Shown here: positions 17,174 through 25,258 of the stretch, piece after piece | How the letters are laid out: each line of letters opens with the position of its first letter | Position numbering within the stretch: the stretch's first letter is position 1 | DNA from: an uncultured Gammaproteobacteria bacterium | GTDB lineage: Bacteria; Pseudomonadota; Gammaproteobacteria; Steroidobacterales; Steroidobacteraceae | DNA length: 64,000 nucleotides | Assembly (NCBI GenBank): GCA_963837045.1 | Contig: CAWIMA010000009.1 | Span: forward strand, 1,267-65,266 | Reading direction: 5' to 3' | Notes under the pieces: generated by a model | Database searches by the model: none | Told to the model about the DNA's origin: nothing | The model's input: only the letters and a program-made list of their open reading frames with translations | Translations under genes and position numbers: made by a program

Positions 17174-18632
17174 CGTGGAGTTCCTGCTCCTGCTCGCAAG
17201 CCCCCTCGCCGGCGCACTCCTCCTGGGCGTCTTCGGCGCGCGGCGCTGGGCGCCTGAGCTCAATGTGGCCATGAGCCTCGCGACATTCCTCGCCGCTTGT
17301 GCGCTCACGGCACGCGTCGTGGGCGAAGGGAATCTCCTTGTAGCACGTGAGCAATTCTTCATCGATCCGTTCAACGTCTTTCTCGTCACACTCACCGCCT
17401 TTGTTGGACTCACGACGTCGTTGTTTTCGCGTCCCTACATGCGCGTGGAGCTCGAGCACGGGCGCGTGAGCGCGCCTCGGCTGCGTCTGTATCACAGCAT
17501 GTTTCAGCTCTTCATGACGACTATGTTAATTGCGCTCACGACCAACAACATGGGACTTCTGTGGGTCGCCATGGAAGCTGCAACGCTTTCCACCGTGCTG
17601 CTCGTCACGCTCTACCGGACGGCGGCGAGTCTCGAGGCCGGCTGGAAATATTTCATCCTCTGCGGCGTCGGTATTGCCCAGGCACTGTTCGGCACGATTC
17701 TGCTGTACTTCGCCGCCGAGAAGATTCTCGGTGCGCAAGGAGTGACTGCGCTCCTGTGGACGCACTTGAATGCGGTGAAGGGGCAGCTCGAGCCCGCCGT
17801 GTTGAGTCTCGCGTGGGTCTTTCTGCTCGTCGGCTACGGCACGAAGGTGGGCCTCGCGCCGCTCCACAACTGGCTCCCCGATGCGCATGCGGAAGGCCCC
17901 ACGCCGATCTCGGCCGTACTCTCGGGGCTGCTGCTCAATGTGGCCATCTACGCGATCGTGCGCTGCAAGGTGCTCGTCGAAGGTTCGCTGCACTCGCAAC
18001 TCCCCTCGCGAATGTTGATGGGTTTCGGTCTGCTCTCGGTCGTGCTCGCGGCGTTTTTTCTGTGGCGTCAGCGCGATGTCAAGCGGCTCTTCGCCTACTC
18101 CTCGATTGAACACATGGGGATCATCACCTTCGCCTTCGGCATGGGGGGGCCGGTCGCCAATTTCGCCGCGCTCCTGCATATGACGGTGCACTCGCTCACC
18201 AAGTCGGCGATCTTCTTTGCCGTCGGGCACGCCGCGCAGAAAGCCGGCTCGCAGCTGATAGAGAACATCCGGGGGCTCATCACCTTGAGCCCGACAATCG
18301 GTTGGGGCCTGATGCTGGGGTCGCTCGCGATCCTCGGTATGCCCCCCTTCGGCGTCTTTGCGAGCGAATTTCTGATCCTCACTACCGCGATGCGAGATCA
18401 GCCCTGGGCGACGCCCATTCTGCTCACCGCGCTCGGCGTCGCCTTCGCCGCCATCTTCGGACGCGTGCAGCCCATGGTATTCGGTGAAACGACGGCTCGG
18501 CGTTTACCGCACCCGCCGTCCCTGGTGCCGGTCTTTGCGCACCTCGCCATCGTGCTGGCGCTCGGCTTGTATATACCGCCCTATCTGGCGGACTGGTATC
18601 GCGCGGCGGCGCGCCTGATCGGGGGCGGCTGA
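17166..18632 (+). CDS. Ehr cluster 2: HyfF/HycQ/NuoN-like membrane subunit
   Basis: 488 aa: GYGTKVGLAPLHNWLPDAHAEGPTPISAVLSG, LFAYSSIEHMGII. Confidence 0.9.
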   Translation: MINVEFLLLLASPLAGALLLGVFGARRWAPELNVAMSLATFLAACALTARVVGEGNLLVAREQFFIDPFNVFLVTLTAFVGLTTSLFSRPYMRVELEHGRVSAPRLRLYHSMFQLFMTTMLIALTTNNMGLLWVAMEAATLSTVLLVTLYRTAASLEAGWKYFILCGVGIAQALFGTILLYFAAEKILGAQGVTALLWTHLNAVKGQLEPAVLSLAWVFLLVGYGTKVGLAPLHNWLPDAHAEGPTPISAVLSGLLLNVAIYAIVRCKVLVEGSLHSQLPSRMLMGFGLLSVVLAAFFLWRQRDVKRLFAYSSIEHMGIITFAFGMGGPVANFAALLHMTVHSLTKSAIFFAVGHAAQKAGSQLIENIRGLITLSPTIGWGLMLGSLAILGMPPFGVFASEFLILTTAMRDQPWATPILLTALGVAFAAIFGRVQPMVFGETTARRLPHPPSLVPVFAHLAIVLALGLYIPPYLADWYRAAARLIGGG

Positions 18633-18633
18633 G

Positions 18634-20172
18634 ATGGCGCTGCGAGCCTGGTTCGCTCGAAGCGGCGCCCAACCGGGCGCCCCGGGTCTGCGCGCACTGA
18701 GCGTCTCACGCGAGGAGTGGCGCCAGGTGGCCGAGGATTCGGCGGCCGCAGGCGGCAGACTCATCGCCCTCTGGGCGAGCGAGGACGAGCGTGCCGCGCC
18801 CATCCTTCGCGCCGTGTTTCTCGCCGAAAAAAGCGGCCTTGTGCTCAGCCTCCCGGTCACCGATCCGCAAGTGCCGTACCCCGGACTCGAAGATCTCTTT
18901 CCGGCCGCAGAGCGCATGCAGCGCGCGCTGGCGGACCTCTCGGGATTGCGTTCTACAGATTCGGATACGCGTCCCTGGCTGCGCCACGCGGCATGGCCCC
19001 CAAGCTATCGGCCGCTGATCGATCCGCAACTGTTGCCGACGGCCGCTATACCGGACCTCGACACCTATGAATTCGTGCGTGTCGAGGGCGAGGGCGTACA
19101 CGAGATCCCCGTCGGTCCCGTGCACGCCGGCATCATCGAGCCGGGGCACTTCCGATTCTCGGTCGTGGGCGAGAAGGTATTAAGGCTCGAGGAGCGCCTG
19201 GGTTACGTGCACAAGGGCATTGAACGGCGATTTACCGAGCTATCTCTACTCGAAGGCCACCGTCTGGCCGCGCGGGTATCCGGGGATTCCGCCGTCGCGT
19301 TCTCCTGGGCCTACTGCCAGGCACTTGAGGGCATCGCGGGTACGCAGATTCCGCCGCGTGCCGCATGGCTGCGGGCACTGTGCCTGGAACTCGAACGGAT
19401 TGCGAACCACCTCGGGGACCTCGGCGCACTTGGCAACGATGCCGGTTTCGCATTCGGTCTGACGCAGTTCTCGCGCCTGAAGGAACACCTCCTGCGGGCC
19501 ACTCACGAAGCGCTCGGGGAGCGCTATCTGATGGGCGCCATCGTGCCCGGCGGGACACGCGCAGATCTCGCCGATTCCGGCGCAAGGCGGCTCGCCGTGT
19601 GTGTGCACGAACTCGCAGACGAAGCATTGACGTTGCGTGCGATCTACGACGAGCACGAGGGCGTGCGCGACCGGTTCACCGGGGCCGGTGTCGTCGCTCC
19701 GGAGCTCGCCGCGCGCTTGGGGCTCACCGGGCTCGCGGGTCGCGCAAGCGCCCAGGCGTTCGATCTGCGCGTCGACCTGCCATGCGAGCCGTACACAGAG
19801 CTTGCGCCGGTGAAAATCGGATTGATGGAGGGAGATGTGGCGGCACGTGTCGCAGTGCGCTTTGATGAGTTGAGCGAATCCTGCCGTCTCATCCGGCATA
19901 TTCTGCACGGGCTCCCGGTTGGGCCACACCGGGCTCCAGTACGCATGCCCGCCGATCGCGCTGTGGGAGCAGGACTGATCGAAGGCTGGCGCGGTCCCGT
20001 GTTCGTTGCGCTCGAAGCGGGAGCGGCAGGCGCAATCCGCCGCTGTCATCCGCACGATCCGTCGTGGCAGAACTGGCCCGTGATTGAGCACGCCATCATC
20101 GACAACATCGTCCCGGATTATCCGCTCATCAATAAGTCCTTCAATCTCTCCTACAGTGGCCATGATCTGTAG
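18634..20172 (+). CDS. Ehr cluster 2: fused NuoC-NuoD / HycE-like 'large subunit' without any NiFe cysteine ligand
   Basis: VGPVHAGIIEPGHFRF, ERLGYVHKGIERRF. RVSGDS at 19273-19290. The C-terminus is PLINKSFNLSYSGHDL, with no Cys at all in this motif. Confidence 0.9.
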   Translation: MALRAWFARSGAQPGAPGLRALSVSREEWRQVAEDSAAAGGRLIALWASEDERAAPILRAVFLAEKSGLVLSLPVTDPQVPYPGLEDLFPAAERMQRALADLSGLRSTDSDTRPWLRHAAWPPSYRPLIDPQLLPTAAIPDLDTYEFVRVEGEGVHEIPVGPVHAGIIEPGHFRFSVVGEKVLRLEERLGYVHKGIERRFTELSLLEGHRLAARVSGDSAVAFSWAYCQALEGIAGTQIPPRAAWLRALCLELERIANHLGDLGALGNDAGFAFGLTQFSRLKEHLLRATHEALGERYLMGAIVPGGTRADLADSGARRLAVCVHELADEALTLRAIYDEHEGVRDRFTGAGVVAPELAARLGLTGLAGRASAQAFDLRVDLPCEPYTELAPVKIGLMEGDVAARVAVRFDELSESCRLIRHILHGLPVGPHRAPVRMPADRAVGAGLIEGWRGPVFVALEAGAAGAIRRCHPHDPSWQNWPVIEHAIIDNIVPDYPLINKSFNLSYSGHDL

Positions 20173-20181
20173 CTCCCCCTC

Positions 20182-20721
20182 ATGATAAAAACACTGCGTC
20201 AAATTGCATCGATCGGCATCGCCACCGAACCAACGCCGCAGGCGGACGAGAGCTTGCGCATTCGCGACGTCCTGCGGGATCGCATTCGTGACGCGCTCGG
20301 TCGGGCGCTCTGCATCCGGCACATCGACGCTGGCTCCTGCAACGGCTGCGAGCTCGAAATACACGCCCTCAACAACCCTCTCTACAACTTGGAAGGGCTT
20401 GGGATTCGGTTCGTCGCCAGCCCCCGTCACGCCGACCTGCTGCTGATCACAGGACCGGTGTCTAAACACATGGAAGTGGCCCTGCGCCGAACCTATGAGG
20501 CGACACCCGACCCCAAGCTCGTGGTCGCGCTTGGTGACTGTGGCTGCACCGGCGGCATTTTCGGCGAGAGCTACGCCAGTTGCGGGCGCGTTTCAAACGT
20601 CATCCCCGTCGATGTCGCGGTCCCTGGTTGCCCGCCGAGCCCAACGCGAATACTGCAGGGCATTCTTGCTGCCATTTCACGCTCTGCCCCAACGACAGTA
20701 GACACCCAAGTTCACTCATGA
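20182..20721 (+). CDS. Ehr cluster 2: NuoB/HycG-like small subunit with [4Fe-4S] ligands
   Basis: DAGSCNGCELEI, FVASPRHADLLLITGPV, ALGDCG, PGCPP. Confidence 0.9.
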   Translation: MIKTLRQIASIGIATEPTPQADESLRIRDVLRDRIRDALGRALCIRHIDAGSCNGCELEIHALNNPLYNLEGLGIRFVASPRHADLLLITGPVSKHMEVALRRTYEATPDPKLVVALGDCGCTGGIFGESYASCGRVSNVIPVDVAVPGCPPSPTRILQGILAAISRSAPTTVDTQVHS

Positions 20722-20757
20722 ACCACGTAGCGATCCCTCCTTGCGAGGTCAGAGAGA

Positions 20758-21624
20758 ATGACACAGGGCAAGGGTAAGCTGCGCGAGATTCCGAGTCCTT
20801 TTCCGCTACAGGGCCGGCTATTGCTGCTGGAGCCCGCCGGCAGGCGCGCACCCACGCTGTGCAAGCGCCTCCTGGAGGGCACGTATCAGAAGCCCTTTAT
20901 CCTGGACCACGGAACGCTGCGCTATCTGCACTTCGGCATCGATAGGGTCGAGAGTCTGATGCATCGCGATGATCCTGATGCGCTGTGTCTGTCCTATACC
21001 CGCAAGATGATGAGCTTTCTGCTGTTCAAGCCGCGGCCGCGTCGCATACTCCTCCTTGGACTCGGTGGCGGCTCATTGGCCAAGTTCTGCTATCGGCGCC
21101 TCCCAACTTCAATAATCACCGTTCTTGAAATTGATCCGAATGTGATGGCGTTGCGCGAGGAATTCTGGGTGCCGTCGGACGATGAACGTTTCCGTGTCCT
21201 CCAAGGTGACGGAGTCAAGTACGTCGCGGACCAGGGTGCGCGCAAAGACGTCATCCTCGTCGATGCCTACGACCGCAGTGGTGCGGCGCCCGAACTCGCC
21301 ACTGCGCACTTCTATCACGAAGTTTGGCGGCGCTTGAGCGTGCGCGGGGTGCTCGTCGTCAATGTCTTCGGCAATGCCTACCAGCGGCTCGCGCACGCCG
21401 CGATGATACGCGGCGTATTCGGCGAACGGGTGATGTTGCTGCCTGTTCGCGAATACGAGAATCTCATCGTCCTCGCGTTTCGTACCGATGCCCCGGTACA
21501 CGATTGGGAACGCCTCGAACGCCGGGCAAGCACCCTCAAGGGACGCTTTGGACTCGATTTTCCGTTCTATCTACGCACGATGCTACATTCCTTCGCAGAG
21601 ACTGCGCCGTGCGGTCCGACGTGA
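20758..21624 (+). CDS. Spermidine-synthase-like SAM-fold protein, paralog 1
   Basis: 288 aa: RILLLGLGGGSLAKF (GxGxG), VLEIDPNVMALREEF, DVILVDAYD. 36 nt after the Ehr2 small subunit, with no hairpin in between. Confidence 0.75.
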   Translation: MTQGKGKLREIPSPFPLQGRLLLLEPAGRRAPTLCKRLLEGTYQKPFILDHGTLRYLHFGIDRVESLMHRDDPDALCLSYTRKMMSFLLFKPRPRRILLLGLGGGSLAKFCYRRLPTSIITVLEIDPNVMALREEFWVPSDDERFRVLQGDGVKYVADQGARKDVILVDAYDRSGAAPELATAHFYHEVWRRLSVRGVLVVNVFGNAYQRLAHAAMIRGVFGERVMLLPVREYENLIVLAFRTDAPVHDWERLERRASTLKGRFGLDFPFYLRTMLHSFAETAPCGPT

Positions 21625-22490
21625 AACGTCTGCCCACTGATCGACCGCGACTCTTTGCAATCGAAGGCCCGTTCCCCAAGGAACGCAGCGTGCTGCGTCT
21701 CCTCGAGCCGCCCGGCAGTTGTCCACAGACACTGTGGCAGCGCGTGTTCGATGGCAGTTATGACAAGCCGTTCATTGTTGATAGCGGGTTGTTGCGATTT
21801 TTGCACTTTGACCTGCAATGCGTGCAAAGTGCCATGCATTTGGAGGATCCGGATACACTGAACCTTGCCTACACGCGCAAGATGATGGCGTTCCTGCTCT
21901 TCAATCATGCACCTCGGCGCATCCTGCTGCTCGGCCTCGGCGGCGGCTCACTCGCGAAATTTTGCTACCGGCGTCTGCCATGCACCGCGGTCACCGCGGT
22001 CGAAGTCAATCCCGATGTCATTGCGCTGCGCGAGGAATTTCGGATTCCCCAAGACGATGATCGCTTTCGCGTGATCCGCGCGGACGGCGCAATGTATGTG
22101 GCGCGACTACCACCTTGCAAAGATGTGATCCTCGCGGATGCCTGTGATCGCGAAGGCGTCGCCCCACAGCTCGACGCAATCGAGTTCTACGAGAACGCCC
22201 GTCGTTGCCTCTCGCGTGGAGGTGTGTTCGTCACGAATTTGTGTGGTGATTTGTATGACCACGCGGCACACTTTCTGAAGATTCGCGATGTGTTTGGCGA
22301 TGAGTTCATGACGTTGCGGGTAAAACCGGACGGCAACATCATCGTGCTTGCGTTCAAAGAACGCCGGCCCGAAATCGATTGGGCACAGCTGGAGGCAGCT
22401 GCCGAAGAACTCAAACGCAGATTGGGCCTCGATTTCCCGAGATACGTGCACGACTGGAAGCTGGGTCGGTGGCAGCAGGTACCCAATTGA
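21621..22490 (+). CDS. Spermidine-synthase-like SAM-fold protein, paralog 2
   Basis: GTG 21621 overlaps the upstream stop (GTGA). RILLLGLGGGSLAKF, AVEVNPDVIALREEF, DVILADACD. Colinear with paralog 1 along its whole length. Track ORF 21324..22490 trimmed. Confidence 0.75.
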   Translation: MKRLPTDRPRLFAIEGPFPKERSVLRLLEPPGSCPQTLWQRVFDGSYDKPFIVDSGLLRFLHFDLQCVQSAMHLEDPDTLNLAYTRKMMAFLLFNHAPRRILLLGLGGGSLAKFCYRRLPCTAVTAVEVNPDVIALREEFRIPQDDDRFRVIRADGAMYVARLPPCKDVILADACDREGVAPQLDAIEFYENARRCLSRGGVFVTNLCGDLYDHAAHFLKIRDVFGDEFMTLRVKPDGNIIVLAFKERRPEIDWAQLEAAAEELKRRLGLDFPRYVHDWKLGRWQQVPN

Positions 22491-22496
22491 GAGCTC

Positions 22497-22620
22497 TGTC
22501 GCGCTCCTTGAGCAAGCGGTTTTCTTCCTGCAGATACTTGATCACCTCAAGCTGACGGCGGTCGACCCAACCGGCGCACATCAGGAGGAGCATTTGAAGA
22601 GGAAGACGCAGTGGAGACAT
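22497..22620 (-). mobile_element. Transposase/integrase N-terminal stump (IS scar)
   Basis: ORF 22411..22620 begins MSPLRLPLQMLLLMCAGWVDRRQLEVIKYLQEENRLLKERD. This is the hydrophobic leader plus 'Y/L-L-x-EEN-R-L-L-KE' coiled segment seen at the N-terminus of several DDE transposases. It then runs into the antisense of the neighbouring gene, and no catalytic domain follows. Confidence 0.3.
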
Positions 22621-22744
22621 TGGAGCCGAGTAATAGCAACGCGCAAATGCAAATTGTCTTTGTTAACGCTTCATTTGGCTGACAACCAAGGTTTCATTTG
22701 GCCGGTGCCGAGGCTTACAATTGGCCGATAGTTTCTATGTGCGA

Positions 22745-23416
22745 CTAAGCGTGCTGCACGACGTTCCGCGCGCGCCAGCTACAAAAATTATTGTCGAGGC
22801 GCATCGCCGCTGCCAGGCGCTTGAGTCTTTTCAAGTCCAACTCGCCAAGATCAAGATCCAAGGGCGGAGTCGACATGCGACTTCGCGACGAGCCCGACAG
22901 ATACAGCCAGTGCAGCAGCGCCGCCTCCGGTGTCGCGCGCCGATAGTCGACTCCGGTGACTAAGCGATCATTCTCGGCTCCGGCTTCGAGCACGCGCTCT
23001 GGCACACCGCGGAATACGAATGTGCCTCCCTGAGTCTCGAGTCGACCAAGTGACGGCGTCGTGTATCGCGAAGATAGAGGAACGACAGCCGTCACCCAAT
23101 CGGTGTAGTTGTTCCACACGCCGGAATCACCGAGCACCGTCTGCAGGGAGATCACTGCGCCCGGACGCAGCCAAACAGCGGCCTCGCAGAGCTGGGGCGG
23201 TGGCACGATCAACCGATTGAGAAACAACCCTCGCACGACTCGCTGTAGACGGTTGGCGGCCACTGCTTCCTGGATCCAGCGCTCCACGCTGGGCTTAGAG
23301 ATGTCGCGTCGCACATTTTCGGCCACTTGTATGATCGACGCAGTATCGAGCACGCGCAGCGCAGTCGGCTCGGCGAGCACGAGTTCCAGGCGAGTTGACC
23401 ACTGAGGAGTTCTCAC
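22745..23416 (-). CDS. AbiEi-like antitoxin / transcriptional regulator domain protein
   Basis: 223 aa: ..NRLQRVVRGLFLN.. (the 'l.rv.RGlY' block), AVISLQTVLGDSGV, TPEAALLHWLYL. 4-nt overlap with the upstream AbiEii gene. Confidence 0.6.
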   Translation of the reverse strand: MRTPQWSTRLELVLAEPTALRVLDTASIIQVAENVRRDISKPSVERWIQEAVAANRLQRVVRGLFLNRLIVPPPQLCEAAVWLRPGAVISLQTVLGDSGVWNNYTDWVTAVVPLSSRYTTPSLGRLETQGGTFVFRGVPERVLEAGAENDRLVTGVDYRRATPEAALLHWLYLSGSSRSRMSTPPLDLDLGELDLKRLKRLAAAMRLDNNFCSWRARNVVQHA

Positions 23417-24189
23417 GGCGAGCCCGCATCGCGCGCGCTATTTGCCAAACTTCGCTCCAGCGTCTCCAGAAGTCGCAGCTTAATCGCGAGATACTCGTCC
23501 TCGTCAACGTGCGAGTGAATCTCTACCGGCAATGTTGGTAGTACCTCATCTCGGAAAAGTGCCCAGCTCATCAAATCCAGCTTGTCGGCGACACGCTTCA
23601 TCAGCGTCGCCTGACCTCCTAGATTTTCAATGGCTGCAGCGCTCGGGATTGCGCCGCGCGCCAGCAGCAGCTCCAAGTCGTAGATGTCGCGTGGAGCTGT
23701 CCGCCGATCATCGACCAGTGCTGCAAGCTTGTTGTCGGCAAGTGCCTGCTCGTCATAGACGCTCACGTAGACACGCGGCAATGTCCGGTCCGCGATCTGA
23801 ACAGGAATTTTGAGTACATGGCTTGGATCCGGCGTTTGGCGCCGTGATACCTCTACCGCGAGATGCAGATTCTCCCCGGTGCTAGTTCGACCGGAGATCT
23901 TCCAACGAGCGACTGTGTCGGTCTGCTTGGATTCGGAAATCGAGGCGCCGACCAGCCCACTTCCATGAATGGCGCGATCGATCGCCGTCCGTACGGTATG
24001 TTGAAGACTTGCCAAGGAGCGATGTGGATCGTGATCGAAATCTAGATCCTGGGTAAAACGCGCACTCTCGGTAAGAACCCGCATGGCCGCACCACCCTTC
24101 AACACGAGGCTCGAGCTTGTGGAACCGCGATATAGGAATGTCAGCAGCCGCAGCTGAAATGCGTCGCGAGCTTGGGAGAGGGTGGTCAT
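23413..24189 (-). CDS. Nucleotidyltransferase AbiEii/AbiGii-family toxin (DUF1814)
   Basis: From ATG 24189: MTTLSQARDAFQLRLLTFLY..LVLKGGAAMRV...RFTQDLDFD...APRDIYDLELL. Track ORF trimmed by 20 codons. Confidence 0.75.
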   Translation of the reverse strand: MTTLSQARDAFQLRLLTFLYRGSTSSSLVLKGGAAMRVLTESARFTQDLDFDHDPHRSLASLQHTVRTAIDRAIHGSGLVGASISESKQTDTVARWKISGRTSTGENLHLAVEVSRRQTPDPSHVLKIPVQIADRTLPRVYVSVYDEQALADNKLAALVDDRRTAPRDIYDLELLLARGAIPSAAAIENLGGQATLMKRVADKLDLMSWALFRDEVLPTLPVEIHSHVDEDEYLAIKLRLLETLERSLANSARDAGSP

Positions 24190-24201
24190 TGAGGATACAT
24201 T

Positions 24202-24238
24202 AAGGTTATATCCATCATTATATGATGTTTGTAACCTT
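24202..24238. promoter_or_regulatory. Nested palindromes in the AT-rich AbiE promoter region
   Basis: AAGGTTA (24202-08) pairs with TAACCTT (24232-38), enclosing ATCAT-TAT-ATGAT (24214-26), directly upstream of the AbiEii start. AbiE modules are classically autoregulated at inverted repeats. Confidence 0.35.
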
Positions 24239-24526
24239 AATAAAACCATTCTTAGTCATGGACTAAAGCAACACTATAGAAATCGTAACTATCTGTTTTT
24301 ATTAATTTTTCAAATCCTTACCCCAACCATTGATTTCCTAAGAATTTTTCCATCATCAACCGCCTGCAGTTCCAGGAATTTCTCGCTCATGGTTCCAGTA
24401 ACGGTTCCTCTTTCGGCGCGGGAAAATCGCTGAACGATCCGGCTGTTCTTGGACATCGACATAATCACGTTTTGGCCGGACGCTGTTAGCGTCAAAATTA
24501 GTGTTGGGGTTTTCTAGGACGGAACG

Positions 24527-25126
24527 ATGGGCATGTTCGACGAAGTCTACTGTTATGCGCCGCTCCCGGACGGTCGCGACCCCCGTGGTACGTGTTTTCA
24601 AACGAAGTCATTTCCTGATCCCTGCATGTGCCGCTATCGGATCACCAGCGCTGGGCGACTGATCGACTCTGCTGGCAATGATCTAGAGCCGGACGGGTAC
24701 ATCACGTTTTATACAGTCGATCGGGATGACGGCGACATCGAGGCGCCGGGAAGAATTCGGGGGTTGCGCGAGTATCGCGCTCGATTTCTGTCCGGACAGC
24801 TGGAGAATATCGTACGAGTTAGTGAAAACAGTGCGGATCGCGTCCGATACGGCTTACAACGCACTACCCATTTCGTCATGAATGTGCATGCCCGTTGGCG
24901 CGAAGTCGGGATGGACAACGCCTGTGTCAGCTGGGCGAAGGCGCTTTTCTCCGCAGCCGCGCCTTATGCGAGCGGCACGGCCTATGTCAACTTCATGCCG
25001 TACGACGAACCCGAAAGAGTGGAAGCGGCCTATGGCGCGAACTATCGCCGGCTGTCAGATATCAAGCGGCGCTACGATCCCCAAAACTTCTTTCGCATGA
25101 ACCAGAACGTGCGGCCAGCCGCTTAG
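24527..25126 (+). pseudogene. Chimeric ORF: small phage-like hypothetical protein fused to the C-terminal fragment of a BBE/FAD-linked oxidase
   Basis: The first ~110 aa (MGMFDEVYCYAPLPDG..CFQTKSF..YRITSAGRL..) look like a complete small protein. From about 24860 the frame reads ..GTAYVNFMPYDEPERVEAAYGANYRRLSDIKRRYDPQNFFRMNQNVRP, the berberine-bridge C-terminal domain. No FAD-binding domain is present. Confidence 0.55.
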
Positions 25127-25258
25127 TTTAGCGAGACCGCGTCTCGGCGGGTCGGCGTCGAACGCGGCGGACACTGGAGCACCGGCGTACCAGCCCTCTC
25201 GTGCGCCTATTCGGACAAACTCGGCTACGAATTGAGGCGTCGCAACTGCCGCAGCAAG

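Noticed and set aside
25132-25146. Palindrome CGAGAC-CGC-GTCTCG between the convergent BBE fragment and pilU, as a bidirectional terminator.
   Set aside because: The stem is only 6 bp with a 3-nt loop and no flanking T/A tracts.
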